From IMG/VR virus record IMGVR_UViG_3300009149_000014, positions 32,001 through 96,000 of that record: a stretch of 64,000 nt of DNA; one strand, written 5' to 3'. The position numbers and the translations under genes were made by a program. Shown here one piece after another: positions 48,092-58,578 of the stretch. The first letter of the stretch is position 1, and each line of letters begins with the position of its first letter. This stretch comes from a virus. The notes under the pieces were generated by a model. The model worked only from the letters and a program-made list of their open reading frames with translations, was not told where the DNA came from and ran no database searches.

Positions 48092-48881
48092 ATACATCTG
48101 GACTGGTACCACCAGTGTGGAATATCGAAATTCTATCATGGAACATGCGAATGAATTGATCATTCAACTTATTCGCAAGCAAGGATTGTACAACATCTAT
48201 AGGGGCCATGACCCCAGTGCGTTGAACGAATTAGTGCATGTTGCTTACATGCAAATCGAACGCACCCTCTACAAGTATCGAGCCCGACCTCATTGTCGAA
48301 GTTGTTTCTCTTGGGATCGACCGAATGCTAGTATTCTGTATGAGCCTGCTCAATTTGAATTTGGGATCACGCCCCCTGAACGTTTAGTGAAAATGCATCC
48401 AAAGTGCCCACATTGTGGGGCGGTGCTTAAAGCTGACGCTTACATTGAGCCTTCTCAAGGATTGTATGGTGGGACTTATGACATTCTATATCGTGGAATG
48501 TCTAAAGTCTTTAACATGTGGTCGCAGGTTGCTCGTACTGTCATTTTGGCTTATGTCAAGAAAGACACTCGTGATGTGCGTAATGGCGATAATTATACTG
48601 AGTTTATTAATCGCAAGCATTCTAGCGGCAATAATGAACAATATGTCAGTGCTTTGATGCAGGCTAAAGCCGAAATGTGGTTTAATCCTGAGTATTGTGC
48701 TGTGGTAGATGCTTTGGTTGAACTTTCAAGTGAGTCTGATCCGGATAAGAATTTCAAGAAGAAACTGTGTACCATCTCTGGAGTCGAACGTAAAACTGTG
48801 GATCATGCTTTGATCGTACTGCAAGTGATGTTAGAATTACATGCAGAGAATTTCAATGCAAAAGAATTACGATGCAGTTAA
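47973..48881 (+). CDS. putative late-transcription sigma factor (T4 gp55-like) with zinc-ribbon insertion
   Basis: KKHYFINE N-terminus, ELVHVAYMQIERTLYKY and SKVFNMWSQVARTVILAYVKKD resemble gp55 / sigma region 2; CRSC...CPHC lies between them. Confidence 0.6.
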   Translation: MARHSFPETSVLRPDLRPDAEELKKKHYFINEIVEWKLTRYIWTGTTSVEYRNSIMEHANELIIQLIRKQGLYNIYRGHDPSALNELVHVAYMQIERTLYKYRARPHCRSCFSWDRPNASILYEPAQFEFGITPPERLVKMHPKCPHCGAVLKADAYIEPSQGLYGGTYDILYRGMSKVFNMWSQVARTVILAYVKKDTRDVRNGDNYTEFINRKHSSGNNEQYVSALMQAKAEMWFNPEYCAVVDALVELSSESDPDKNFKKKLCTISGVERKTVDHALIVLQVMLELHAENFNAKELRCS

Positions 48882-48963
48882 AATATGTTAGTGATGGTGC
48901 GTTCTTTCCTTATGCGTGGGGAGATCGTGTCAGTTCATTTGTTGACCCCAAGGAACGAGATAG

Positions 48964-49413
48964 ATGGCTGAAACGAACAAGTTCGAATGGGTCCTCAGCG
49001 TCTGCACCAAGCAAGCCCCGTCGTTCGAAAAAGTCCAAGAAATCCTCGAAGAAAAAGGCGTAAAAATTACGCCTCGGGATTATATTATTGCCTGTAAAGA
49101 GAATAATCTCACTCCAGACATTGATCCCGTTTTCGTCAAAATCGCTGAATCTACCGCTACTCTTGAAGATGTCAACATGCTTCTAGAAGATGTCGGTGAC
49201 GCTGTGCGAGAACGAATACTCCGTCGAGTCCGGAAAAGTGCCACCAAAGGCCATATAACTCACGGGGGCCGTCAGAAGCTGGGTGGTGAACGAATGTCAG
49301 GACGAGTCACTCCAAAACGCAAGAGAAGCGGCCACACTCAAGATCACGGTAGAGGTGAACACGGACATGACAAATCAACCGAACAACAACAAAGAGATGC
49401 AAAATCCTCTTGA
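48964..49413 (+). CDS. hypothetical protein (149 aa), basic C-terminus
   Basis: AAGGA SD upstream; IAES and LLED motifs like head core proteins. Confidence 0.65.
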   Translation: MAETNKFEWVLSVCTKQAPSFEKVQEILEEKGVKITPRDYIIACKENNLTPDIDPVFVKIAESTATLEDVNMLLEDVGDAVRERILRRVRKSATKGHITHGGRQKLGGERMSGRVTPKRKRSGHTQDHGRGEHGHDKSTEQQQRDAKSS

Positions 49414-49918
49414 AGAAATGGAGGCTATGCTCTCTGAGTTAGATTCTACACTTGAATCACCTCAGGTGAACGGTGAATTGGTGATTGAACCAGAACGGAA
49501 TCCTGGTCCACAAGTCATAAGCCAAAGCATCCTCAAAAACGATCAACCAGAGGATGAAGAAATTACAGACGAATTCGAAGAATTCGTCATCGAAAAGGCC
49601 CGTACCCTCACTGAACTCGTTCTATCCAACTGTGAGGAAGATCGTAATGAGGCCACGGCTGCCATCCAATTAATCAAAGACTTGATCACAAGCCAGGATA
49701 GAGTAGTTCATGGCGGCACGATATCGAGATTAATTCAAGCTATTGATACCAGATCTAGTATCAACATGACCATCGTGAAAGCCCTTGAATCACAAGCTAA
49801 AATCTTGTCAGCTCGAAAGGGACCCACAAAACAAATAACCAATAATAACAATACTGCGGTCGGTAGTTCATCACTGATCAGCATCCTAGAAGCTGGCATG
49901 AAAGCCAAGACAAATTAG
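49367..49918 (+). CDS. putative terminase small subunit (gp16-like)
   Basis: Directly upstream of terL; helical core and C-terminal TNNNNTAVGSSSLISIL resembling gp16 tails (TNNxxFVGSTxEL). Confidence 0.6.
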   Translation: MTNQPNNNKEMQNPLEEMEAMLSELDSTLESPQVNGELVIEPERNPGPQVISQSILKNDQPEDEEITDEFEEFVIEKARTLTELVLSNCEEDRNEATAAIQLIKDLITSQDRVVHGGTISRLIQAIDTRSSINMTIVKALESQAKILSARKGPTKQITNNNNTAVGSSSLISILEAGMKAKTN

Positions 49919-49928
49919 GAATACTCGC

Positions 49929-52900
49929 ATGGGCGAACTCGAAAAAGAAATATTAAAATGCCAGAAATCTATAGCTTATTTCTTATCTGAACATTGCAGT
50001 ATCCAACACCCATCTGCTGGTATCGTTCCATTTGTTCCATTTAAATATCAGCTCAAAGCCCTAGATTCATTCGACTCGCACCGTTTTAATATCGTCCGAA
50101 AATGCCGACAGTGTGGAATTTCCCAAATCTCAGGTGCTTATGCTTTGCACCAAGGAATGTTCTTCCCTTATCAAACCATTCTAATTATCTCTAAGAAAGA
50201 AGACGACGCTAAAAATTTCTTGCGACGTAACATCACTTTCTTGTTTGATAACCTCCCAGAATGGATGCAGAAACTCTGGGAACCGACCAAACGCAATGAG
50301 CACGAAATTGTATTCCCCAACGGATCAAGCATCAAATCATTGACCAGTAGTCCAGAAGTGCTCCGATCTCACTCTGCCTCACTAAATATTATTGACGAAG
50401 CCGCTTTTATACCGAGTATGGACCGTATGTGGGCATCAGGATATTCTTGTGTTGTAGCCGAAACACTGTTGACAACCAGCAGTGGTTTAATCCGTATGGG
50501 TTCATTGCCAAAAGGTAAAGAACGTTGGCAAGATATTAATATCGATATCCAAACAGACGAAGGTATTTTCTCAGCCGATAAAGTCTATCTATCCGGCGTA
50601 GCACCCGTACGCAAGATCACGACAGAACTAGGCTTAGAAATAACAGCTACTCCAAACCATCGAATCAGAGTAATAAGCCCGAACGGCGACTACGTTTGGC
50701 AATATGTCAACAATGTCACCCCTGGTGAATACATCGTTACCAGGCTTGGTGATCTACCGACAAAACAAAAGATCAATCACGAATTATACATGGCTGGTAT
50801 CTTATACCCAAGAGCTACCAAAGTCGGTAAAGACGTGCACACCAAATTCAACAGCCAATTGCAAACTAAAGAATTCGCAGAGGCTTGTGAAGCTGTCTTC
50901 GGACCCAATGGCTATGTTATCAACAAAAGACAACTGAAAATCACTTCACCTAAAGTTTTCGAACTTGCCGAGAAGTATGGTTTTCAATTGACTACTCCAT
51001 TAGATGAACGTTCAATTAGTGATGAAATTTTCGCCCTTGGCCGTGATCAATATTATCACGTCTTGTGTGGAATAATCGACGCTCAAAGTGCGAGCGGCAA
51101 AAGGATTGGTGCTATCTTCGATAGCAAACAATTGGTTAATGATATTCAAAATCTGATGTTCGATTTTGGATTTCCAATTTCTGTTACAACCACTTCGACA
51201 GAACAACATCGATTAATTGTAGTCGATTCCGATTTGGGCAATGTCTTTTTAGATCATTTTTATTCTACCAGACATGATCTTCGTCTTTGTGCTGAATCTG
51301 GACAATCATACAACACAGATCATCCAGTGCTAGTTCATTTATTTGAACAAGAATGTAATACTTTAATTAGGGAGAATCCAACCGATGAAACGATTAGTCG
51401 ATGTGGTTCTTACGGTCGCATTCGATATAATGATATTCGTGGTCTGCTGCGTTTCAATGTGGGCGATATTAACAGCTGGCTAGTCAAAAACAAGCTTTTC
51501 GTCGATCGAATTGTCAAAGTAGAAGAGGACATTCGAGAAACATTCGATATCCAAGTCCCCGAGAAACATTGTTACATTTCCAACAGCCTTGTAAGTCACA
51601 ACACGCTTCAGCACGGTGGACGTGTCATCGTGGTGAGCACATTAAACGGTATGGGTGACTGGTACTACAAAATGCTCAAAGGAGCTGAGCAAGGCACTAA
51701 TGGTTTCAATCTGATTGAGATCAACTGGTACGACATGGATTGGGAAATTGAATACAAAGACAAGGGTACTAATGAGCAGGTTCGAATCGCTCCATGTGAT
51801 GGAATTCGTGAGTGCCAAACTGCTGATGAACGAGAAAAGTATGGTCCATATTGGTCTCCTTGGTTAGAACAGCAATACAATGCTCTGGCTGAAGAAGGAG
51901 AAACTTGGAAATTCGATCAGGAAATCTTGGCTCGGGTTGTTAGTTCTGGTAAGACAGTTCTCCCACCTGTGAACCTCGATACTATTGATGGAATGATCCG
52001 TAAACCCATTAAAATCGCCAAGGGTATTCATCAATATATGCATCCTATCAAGCGAGAACCAATTGTTCTCGACTTCGATTTTGAGGGTAACCAAGGGCTC
52101 TGGTTTTGGGAAATGCCGGTTCGCCAACATCCTGATGCTCCCCAAGGTTACACTTATACTTTGGGTGTTGATACGATGACTGGTCGTGGCAATGACTTTC
52201 ATGGTTTGGAAGTTTTTTGTCTTGAGACGGGTGAACAAGTCGCAGAAATGATGATGCGATGTATCCCTAAGATGCTTTGTCCTTATATTGACATGTTAGG
52301 TCGATTCTACAATAATGCAATGGTTAATGTGGAACGCAATAACGGTGGTGATGGAGTTATCGATGAACTTCGTCTTGAGTATGGTTATCCCAATCTCTGG
52401 CGAAGAATTCGGATTCCTGATAAAGCTGGTATGAAACCAAAGCTTGACCCTTATGGACACTTCACAACTGACATTACTAAAATCGGGCTTAATAAGTTGA
52501 TGGTTGACTTGTTGGGATCTCCAGGTTGTGTGAAGGTTTATAGTTCACGATTGCATGATCAATTATGCACATATATTAATCATCGTGATCGTGGTGGTCG
52601 GCCAACCGGGAAAACCGGAGCTGAAGTCGGTTGTCACGACGACCTTTGTTTAGGTGCTGGTCTTGGATTAGTGGCATTGGTAAGTAATCCTGATCCAGAT
52701 AAAAGTAAAGTATTGCCGTTCAAGAGAGATTTGGATATTAGTTTCATGGGTGAATCACCCGATGCTACTATCATGGCACATGATCCGAGTTTAGTCGGCC
52801 CAGTTTCGGTCGACCATCCCGATACTGGCGAAGAATCTACCTCTTATGAAGACCAAGTAGCTGGCTTTGCTAGAGACTTGTGGTTAGGCGATAGGAAAAC

Positions 52901-52943
52901 AATCGATCAAGCTGTTGTAAAGAGAAAATCATATTATGCCTAG
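49929..52943 (+). CDS. gp17: terminase large subunit containing an intein
   Basis: FVPFKYQ, KCRQCGIS, IIDEAAFI Walker B, VVSTLNG, LGVD, VERNN, HDDLC nuclease motifs. Confidence 0.95.
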   Translation: MGELEKEILKCQKSIAYFLSEHCSIQHPSAGIVPFVPFKYQLKALDSFDSHRFNIVRKCRQCGISQISGAYALHQGMFFPYQTILIISKKEDDAKNFLRRNITFLFDNLPEWMQKLWEPTKRNEHEIVFPNGSSIKSLTSSPEVLRSHSASLNIIDEAAFIPSMDRMWASGYSCVVAETLLTTSSGLIRMGSLPKGKERWQDINIDIQTDEGIFSADKVYLSGVAPVRKITTELGLEITATPNHRIRVISPNGDYVWQYVNNVTPGEYIVTRLGDLPTKQKINHELYMAGILYPRATKVGKDVHTKFNSQLQTKEFAEACEAVFGPNGYVINKRQLKITSPKVFELAEKYGFQLTTPLDERSISDEIFALGRDQYYHVLCGIIDAQSASGKRIGAIFDSKQLVNDIQNLMFDFGFPISVTTTSTEQHRLIVVDSDLGNVFLDHFYSTRHDLRLCAESGQSYNTDHPVLVHLFEQECNTLIRENPTDETISRCGSYGRIRYNDIRGLLRFNVGDINSWLVKNKLFVDRIVKVEEDIRETFDIQVPEKHCYISNSLVSHNTLQHGGRVIVVSTLNGMGDWYYKMLKGAEQGTNGFNLIEINWYDMDWEIEYKDKGTNEQVRIAPCDGIRECQTADEREKYGPYWSPWLEQQYNALAEEGETWKFDQEILARVVSSGKTVLPPVNLDTIDGMIRKPIKIAKGIHQYMHPIKREPIVLDFDFEGNQGLWFWEMPVRQHPDAPQGYTYTLGVDTMTGRGNDFHGLEVFCLETGEQVAEMMMRCIPKMLCPYIDMLGRFYNNAMVNVERNNGGDGVIDELRLEYGYPNLWRRIRIPDKAGMKPKLDPYGHFTTDITKIGLNKLMVDLLGSPGCVKVYSSRLHDQLCTYINHRDRGGRPTGKTGAEVGCHDDLCLGAGLGLVALVSNPDPDKSKVLPFKRDLDISFMGESPDATIMAHDPSLVGPVSVDHPDTGEESTSYEDQVAGFARDLWLGDRKTIDQAVVKRKSYYA
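50448..51602 (+). mobile_element. intein in TerL (385 aa) with apparently degenerate LAGLIDADG domain
   Basis: SGYS|CVVAETLL ... TFDIQVP..SNSLVSHN|TLQH; ATPNHRI block B. Confidence 0.92.
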
Positions 52944-55026
52944 TAATTGGCTGGCGTTCGATAGATTACGAGCCTATATTAGTGGCTCTGGTCTATATCG
53001 CCATGAAAACATTCTCCAAGACCAGCCCTCACTGGATACTCTCACTAGTGCCGGTCCCGAGCGAAACGGGCTACAATCGGCAATTATCCAAAGTATTCAA
53101 GTCAACTATTTCCGACGTGAGAGATACAAAGACTACGACAAGATGGATGAAATGGGTGAGATCTCTCTCGCCCTAGACATGTACGCTGACGAATCATGTG
53201 TAGTCAATCCAGAAACCGGCCACATCGTCCAAGTTTACGGCGAAAGTACCAGAGTCAAAAAAGAAGTCCAAGATCTCTTCAACAAGACTTTGATGATCGA
53301 TCACCAATGTCGATCAATGGTCCGCTATCTCTGCAAGTACGGCGATTGTGCATTTCGAATCATCCTCGACAAGACCAGAACCGGCGTTATCGGTATTAAA
53401 AGGCTCGATGTCTACAACTTTACCAGAGTCGAAACGTCAACTGGTGATCTTGTTGCATTCCATTATGCCGACCCTGAACTCAATCAATCATACTTCTTAC
53501 ACCCGTGGGAAGTCGTCCACTTCCGCTTGACGAATTTTGAAGCCAAATACCACCCTTATGGTAAGTCAGTTATCGAAGGTGGGCGGAAAGCTTTCAAACA
53601 ACTGATTCTGATGGAAAGTGCGGCTGTCATCTATCGATTGACTCGTGCCCCCCAAAAGAGGAAATTCACCATTCCAGTTGGTAATATTCCCAGCACTCAG
53701 GTTCCTGAATACTTGCGTAAAATCGCAGCTGGATTTAAGAACAAAAGATTCTATAACCCATCTAATGGTCAATTCGATGAACGATATGCACCATTGACCC
53801 AAGAAGACGATTTCTTTCTACCAAAACGCCCAGATGGTTCAGGGCCTGATATTGAGACTCTCCAAGGTGCTGACAATCTCGGACAAATTGAGGATATTGA
53901 ATACTTCCTCAAGAAAATGATAGCTCCCACCAAAATCCCCCCATCCAGACTTGGTATTGGTGACAAGACCGGTGGTGAAGATGGGAAACCATTAAGTCAG
54001 ACTAGTAGTGATTTCGCCAAGAATGTTGGTTGGATTCAACAAGTCATGGCTGTTGGTCTGACTAAAATTGCTCTTGTGCATTTGGCATTAAAGGGTTACT
54101 CTCGTGATGAGATGAATTCTTTCTGGACCACTATGATGGTCAATTCGGCAATGGAAGAATTGTATCGAATTGAGACATGGCAAACTCGTGTCAATATTAT
54201 GGCCGACCTTCGCGAATTGGGATGGTTCCCTAAAGAATGGATTCTATCACACTTCACCGATTTGAGCCCAGACGAAATTGAACAAATGATGCTCAAGGGC
54301 AACACAGACATGGGTGATGAGGCTGCTCCAGAACTTGGCGGCGGCGGTCTTGGTGGCGGCGGCGGTCTTGGTGGCGGCGGTGCTGATATGTTTGGTGGTG
54401 AAGATGCAGCTGATGATTTGGGCGGCGATGATCTGGGCGGCGATGATTTAGGCGGCGATGATCTAGGTGGCGATGATCTAGGTGGCGGTGGAGATCTGGG
54501 CGGTGGTGCATTGTTAGACGCCGTTGGCGGAGGCGAAGACGACGAAGAATCAATGTTTGGTGAATCCCTTGATTATAGGCTCCAAAAATTAGAGCAACAA
54601 AACGCTATTCTAGAAAAACAAGCTGTTGTAAGAGGTAAAATATCCCAGCTTCAATCTCTCATTCTTTTGGGTAAGAATAAACGCGACAATTCAATTTGTT
54701 CTGCGATTATTGAATCTAATGAATTACTTGGGGTTCCGGTCGGAACACAAAATAGTAATAAGAAAAGTGATGAATTGGTTTTAGAAGGTATCGACGAGAT
54801 TCGAGAGAAGTATACGTTGGAATATTATGATCCAGATGAAGCTTCTCAAAAAATATTCGGTGAAGTACCTGATCAAAAAATTATTCAAGAAGCTGCTGAA
54901 CACACGATCAAACGTGAGCAGTTACTTCTTGATATTGATCGCGAAAATGCCATCGTGGCACTTGAACATCACGAAGCGACTGGTAAAATTACTCAAGATG
55001 ACGTGAATGCCGCTGTGTATGGTTAA
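52936..55026 (+). CDS. gp20: portal protein
   Basis: EISLALDMYADE, KYGD, PYGKSVIE, AVIYRLTRAP, EDDFFLP, IETLQGADNLGQIEDIEYF, KIPPSRL. Confidence 0.95.
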   Translation: MPSNWLAFDRLRAYISGSGLYRHENILQDQPSLDTLTSAGPERNGLQSAIIQSIQVNYFRRERYKDYDKMDEMGEISLALDMYADESCVVNPETGHIVQVYGESTRVKKEVQDLFNKTLMIDHQCRSMVRYLCKYGDCAFRIILDKTRTGVIGIKRLDVYNFTRVETSTGDLVAFHYADPELNQSYFLHPWEVVHFRLTNFEAKYHPYGKSVIEGGRKAFKQLILMESAAVIYRLTRAPQKRKFTIPVGNIPSTQVPEYLRKIAAGFKNKRFYNPSNGQFDERYAPLTQEDDFFLPKRPDGSGPDIETLQGADNLGQIEDIEYFLKKMIAPTKIPPSRLGIGDKTGGEDGKPLSQTSSDFAKNVGWIQQVMAVGLTKIALVHLALKGYSRDEMNSFWTTMMVNSAMEELYRIETWQTRVNIMADLRELGWFPKEWILSHFTDLSPDEIEQMMLKGNTDMGDEAAPELGGGGLGGGGGLGGGGADMFGGEDAADDLGGDDLGGDDLGGDDLGGDDLGGGGDLGGGALLDAVGGGEDDEESMFGESLDYRLQKLEQQNAILEKQAVVRGKISQLQSLILLGKNKRDNSICSAIIESNELLGVPVGTQNSNKKSDELVLEGIDEIREKYTLEYYDPDEASQKIFGEVPDQKIIQEAAEHTIKREQLLLDIDRENAIVALEHHEATGKITQDDVNAAVYG
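54412..54500 (+). repeat. 15-bp coding repeat (GGDDL)n in portal C-terminal tail
   Basis: GGYGGCGATGATYTR four times at 54421-54480 plus partial copies. Confidence 0.85.
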
Positions 55027-55098
55027 TACGTCTTCTCGACAAATATAATCCAGCATTTAACATCTGTCTAACGTTTGTTTTATAGGATACTTACGCCA

Positions 55099-58000
55099 AT
55101 GTCGGCCTACACAAAGCCTCAACAACTCGATGTGCGAAAGTTTATCCGTCTTATCAACAGTGGATTCAATACTCAGCTTAACGAAGCTGCTGGTTGTGTC
55201 CGCAAAGCTGGTAAGAAGGTAAACCGCGATTGGAAGTTGGTGGCTTTAAATGGTACAGAGTTACTATTTGAAGACGCTACATCTGACCAGTACATTCTCG
55301 CCAAGTACACTTCTAAACCAACGCCAAAACTGAGCAACATTACCCCGATCGAGATTGTCGACGAAGGTAAGCAAGACGAATTCGCAGACGCATGTAAATT
55401 ACTCGTCGAAGCCGTCGAATCAGAAGACAAAAAGGCCGTAAATTCAGCCTTTAATCGGATGAGTTTGCATCGATTCTCAAGCCGAATCATCCCAGAAAGC
55501 AAAAGAGTCCGTTGCAAAGACGGCAGTATCTATGAACTGCCAGTCAATGAAAACGCCACTTTCAACGCTGTAGAAATCGGCCAAATCCTCAAAGAAGCCA
55601 AGACCCACTACTCAAGTGGTGTAGTCATCCAAGAAGGCAAAATCGTTGCCTACAACGGTTCGGGTAATAAACTCCGGATTGACCCATTATTGCCATACGC
55701 TGTACGGGCACGTAGCCTGCGACAAGTAGCAATCGATGGCCACGCCAATCAACAATTCCGTCGTGCAGTGCTCGAATCCGCAAGCCTTTTGGCTGAAGGT
55801 AAAAACGAGGAATCCGCAAAGACCATCGGTCGAGCCTTGCAAAAAGACGAAGAATTCACTCTTTTGAGTGAAGGCCAAATGATTGGTGTTGTCGCTAATT
55901 GTCTAGCCACAGAAGCAATTTTCAATGATAAACTGGCTAGCGATCTTGGTGTCATGGCCCATCAACTTAACCTCAAGTTGAATCGTGGAACGATCGTTAG
56001 AGAATGGCGTAAAACAGCTAAGAAAGCTGGATCAACTGTTCTGCTTGAAAATGTCCATCGTCTTGAAAATGCCTCGAATTTTGATTCAGCATTATCCAAA
56101 TTCCTCTACATCTTGTTCGAGGATTCTGGCGGTCGCGATACCAAAATCTTGATGCTTCGCACTACTCTTGAGAAGATGTCCAATGACATCCCAGGAATCG
56201 CCAAAGATCCCAACCTCAATGAGAAAATGCAATCATTGATTGGTCGCCTTAAGAATGACCAAGTTGATGAAGCGACTCTATTCGAAGCTGAAGACGTGGT
56301 AGCAGCTGTTGGAGATGAACTCCAAGACACTGAAACACTCGATGACTTCGATGCAATCGGTGGCGGTGGTGACGAAGAATTCGATCTATCCAATATGGAT
56401 GACGAAGCTGCTGATGCTACTGGCGACAGCATGGTCCAAGATGATGGCAAGGGTGGAACTACAATTACCATCAATAGTCCACTTATCCAAATCGGTGGCG
56501 ATAGCGGAACACCAGACGATGGTGCCGAAGCAGACCTCGATGGAGCAATGGGCAATGACCTCGACGTCGACCCAGACGCTCTTGATGTCGATTTAGCAGA
56601 CACTGACGAAGCTGATGGAATGGGCGATCTTGGCGGCGAAGAAGGACAACAAACTGATCCTTTGGCAGTTGGCGGAGTCGACGACGAAGACACCTTCGAT
56701 TTCGACCTTGATGGCACCGACGAAGAAGACGAGGACGAAAACGCTCAACCAAGCCCTTTCGGTGAAAGTGTCCAAAGCCCCGTTCATTATGAGATGAAAT
56801 CGGGTTCTGAGGACGATATGCCTCCGACATCTTTCCCAAAACGCGGTTTCAAAATCAGCGAATCGGTCAACACTTACGGCCAAAAACTCCTACAGCAAGG
56901 CGGCTTGATTGATGACGTTTTGTCCACAATGCACTCTTTAGTGTTAGCTGGCCAAGACAATATTCAAGAAGCGGCTGGTTCAGCACTGAAGGTCCTGAAG
57001 ATTTCTTATCCGAAAGCTTCACAATGGCAAGTAGTGCAAGAAGCTGTTGCTGCCTATGAATCAGCTGATATGGAAGCCGTTGCAGAAGACGCAGACGATC
57101 CAAATTATCAACTGCAATCTGGTCGCAATCCCGTCCACGCCCGTATCGTCAATCTTGGCGAAGAGGCCGATGAAGAATCAGATGACGAAGAAAAAGTCGA
57201 AGAAGAACAACTTCGCGGCCCAAACACAAACCCATTAGGCATCAACAACAGTGATAATAAAGATCCTGTTGTTGAATGGTCGAATGTTGGAAATGGTGTA
57301 AGCCATGGTATTTGCGAAAACACCAAGTTTATTCTGGGTCATTCAGCACTAGATAAGATGGAATTACGTTCCATTGATGGCTCTGTGACTGTCCCAGTTC
57401 CCACTCCACTTTGTGAGAGTGCACTGGGTAGTTTGAACCTTGCCGATACTAGTGCTAAACCATTTCATAAGTGGGTTGGTCAAATCGTCGAATCAATTCA
57501 ACCTCTAACCGAGCTTGAAGATGATGATTTGGATGATGCTATTGATCAAACCGATGACGATGATGACATGCTTTCCGTTTATTCAGCCCCTGGGGATGAA
57601 GATGATTACGGAATGGATGACATGTACGAATTGAAAATGGTCCACACTGAAACTGGCGAAGAAGTCAACGTTGCAGCTCGACCTGATGGAACACTTGTAC
57701 CAACTGGTGAAGAAACTTCAGGAGATGATGAAGATGCAGACGACAACTTCGAAGGATCAGATGATGATAGATCAGATGATGATGGAGACGACGAAGGCTC
57801 CGAGGACGATGAAGACTCAGACGGTGGCGATGACGGAAGCGGCTCTGATTCGGGGTCTCCTGTCCCACCGCAATTCAAAAAAGACTCCGATGACTCCGAC
57901 GACGGAGACGACGATTCAGAAGATGGAGACGATGACGACTCCGATGACGAAGAAGAATCGGGAGAAGATGAGGAAGATGATGCTGGAGAAGAAGAAGATT

Positions 58001-58578
58001 CCGAAGAATCGGACGATTCCGACGACAAACCAGCCTTCCTAAAAGAATCAAAGGATAAAGACGGAAACGGACGCCCGGACTTCATCGACAAGAAAATCGC
58101 CGATAAAAAAGGCAAAAAAGACGAACCAATCGAAGAAGGCCCATACGATTACACACAAGAATCTTATGACGCCGAACTCGGACTTTATTGGTATCAAAAT
58201 GCATGGTATGTAGGAGATGGTCCAGTTCAATCAATGGTCGATCAACCAGCTCCTGCTGTTATCCAACAACTCGCAGCTAAATTGGGTATAACCAACCAAG
58301 TCGCCAAAGGCCAAATCGACCCTGATCAATTGATATTCGCAATCGGACTCGACATCGACTACGAAGGCGAATCTTTCCGTGGTGACATGAGCGGACCAAT
58401 CGATCAAGCCGAAGCACCATTCGATGATCGATCTGCCCGAATTACTGGTGCCAAAGTTAAATTGGATTTACCAGACGGAACCAAAAAAGAAATCCCACTA
58501 GGTCAAGATGTTGTCCGAGCACTAGCTGCTGAAATGGACGACGATCTTGGCTCCTGGGCTGCGGAGAGACAATACTAA
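55099..58578 (+). CDS. large acidic prohead core / internal head protein (~1160 aa)
   Basis: Between portal and protease; long D/E-rich tracts; many hydrophobic-x-E sites. Confidence 0.65.
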   Translation: MSAYTKPQQLDVRKFIRLINSGFNTQLNEAAGCVRKAGKKVNRDWKLVALNGTELLFEDATSDQYILAKYTSKPTPKLSNITPIEIVDEGKQDEFADACKLLVEAVESEDKKAVNSAFNRMSLHRFSSRIIPESKRVRCKDGSIYELPVNENATFNAVEIGQILKEAKTHYSSGVVIQEGKIVAYNGSGNKLRIDPLLPYAVRARSLRQVAIDGHANQQFRRAVLESASLLAEGKNEESAKTIGRALQKDEEFTLLSEGQMIGVVANCLATEAIFNDKLASDLGVMAHQLNLKLNRGTIVREWRKTAKKAGSTVLLENVHRLENASNFDSALSKFLYILFEDSGGRDTKILMLRTTLEKMSNDIPGIAKDPNLNEKMQSLIGRLKNDQVDEATLFEAEDVVAAVGDELQDTETLDDFDAIGGGGDEEFDLSNMDDEAADATGDSMVQDDGKGGTTITINSPLIQIGGDSGTPDDGAEADLDGAMGNDLDVDPDALDVDLADTDEADGMGDLGGEEGQQTDPLAVGGVDDEDTFDFDLDGTDEEDEDENAQPSPFGESVQSPVHYEMKSGSEDDMPPTSFPKRGFKISESVNTYGQKLLQQGGLIDDVLSTMHSLVLAGQDNIQEAAGSALKVLKISYPKASQWQVVQEAVAAYESADMEAVAEDADDPNYQLQSGRNPVHARIVNLGEEADEESDDEEKVEEEQLRGPNTNPLGINNSDNKDPVVEWSNVGNGVSHGICENTKFILGHSALDKMELRSIDGSVTVPVPTPLCESALGSLNLADTSAKPFHKWVGQIVESIQPLTELEDDDLDDAIDQTDDDDDMLSVYSAPGDEDDYGMDDMYELKMVHTETGEEVNVAARPDGTLVPTGEETSGDDEDADDNFEGSDDDRSDDDGDDEGSEDDEDSDGGDDGSGSDSGSPVPPQFKKDSDDSDDGDDDSEDGDDDDSDDEEESGEDEEDDAGEEEDSEESDDSDDKPAFLKESKDKDGNGRPDFIDKKIADKKGKKDEPIEEGPYDYTQESYDAELGLYWYQNAWYVGDGPVQSMVDQPAPAVIQQLAAKLGITNQVAKGQIDPDQLIFAIGLDIDYEGESFRGDMSGPIDQAEAPFDDRSARITGAKVKLDLPDGTKKEIPLGQDVVRALAAEMDDDLGSWAAERQY

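Noticed and set aside
48872-49063. 63-aa ORF overlapping 48964..49413
   Set aside because: About half overlaps a better-supported gene with an SD; probably a shadow ORF, though not excluded.
50100-50125. Inactive terminase because Walker A reads RQCGIS rather than GKS/T
   Set aside because: RQxGIS/T variants are, to my knowledge, common in T4-like terminases, and all other motifs are intact.
54330-58030. CRISPR array or non-coding repeat
   Set aside because: The repeats are in-frame low-complexity Gly/Asp/Glu codons without unique spacers.
56106-58115. Long Ser-rich minus-strand ORFs (203 aa, 169 aa) and similar antisense ORFs across ligA, sheath and capsid
   Set aside because: Antisense shadows of biased or low-complexity + strand coding sequence.
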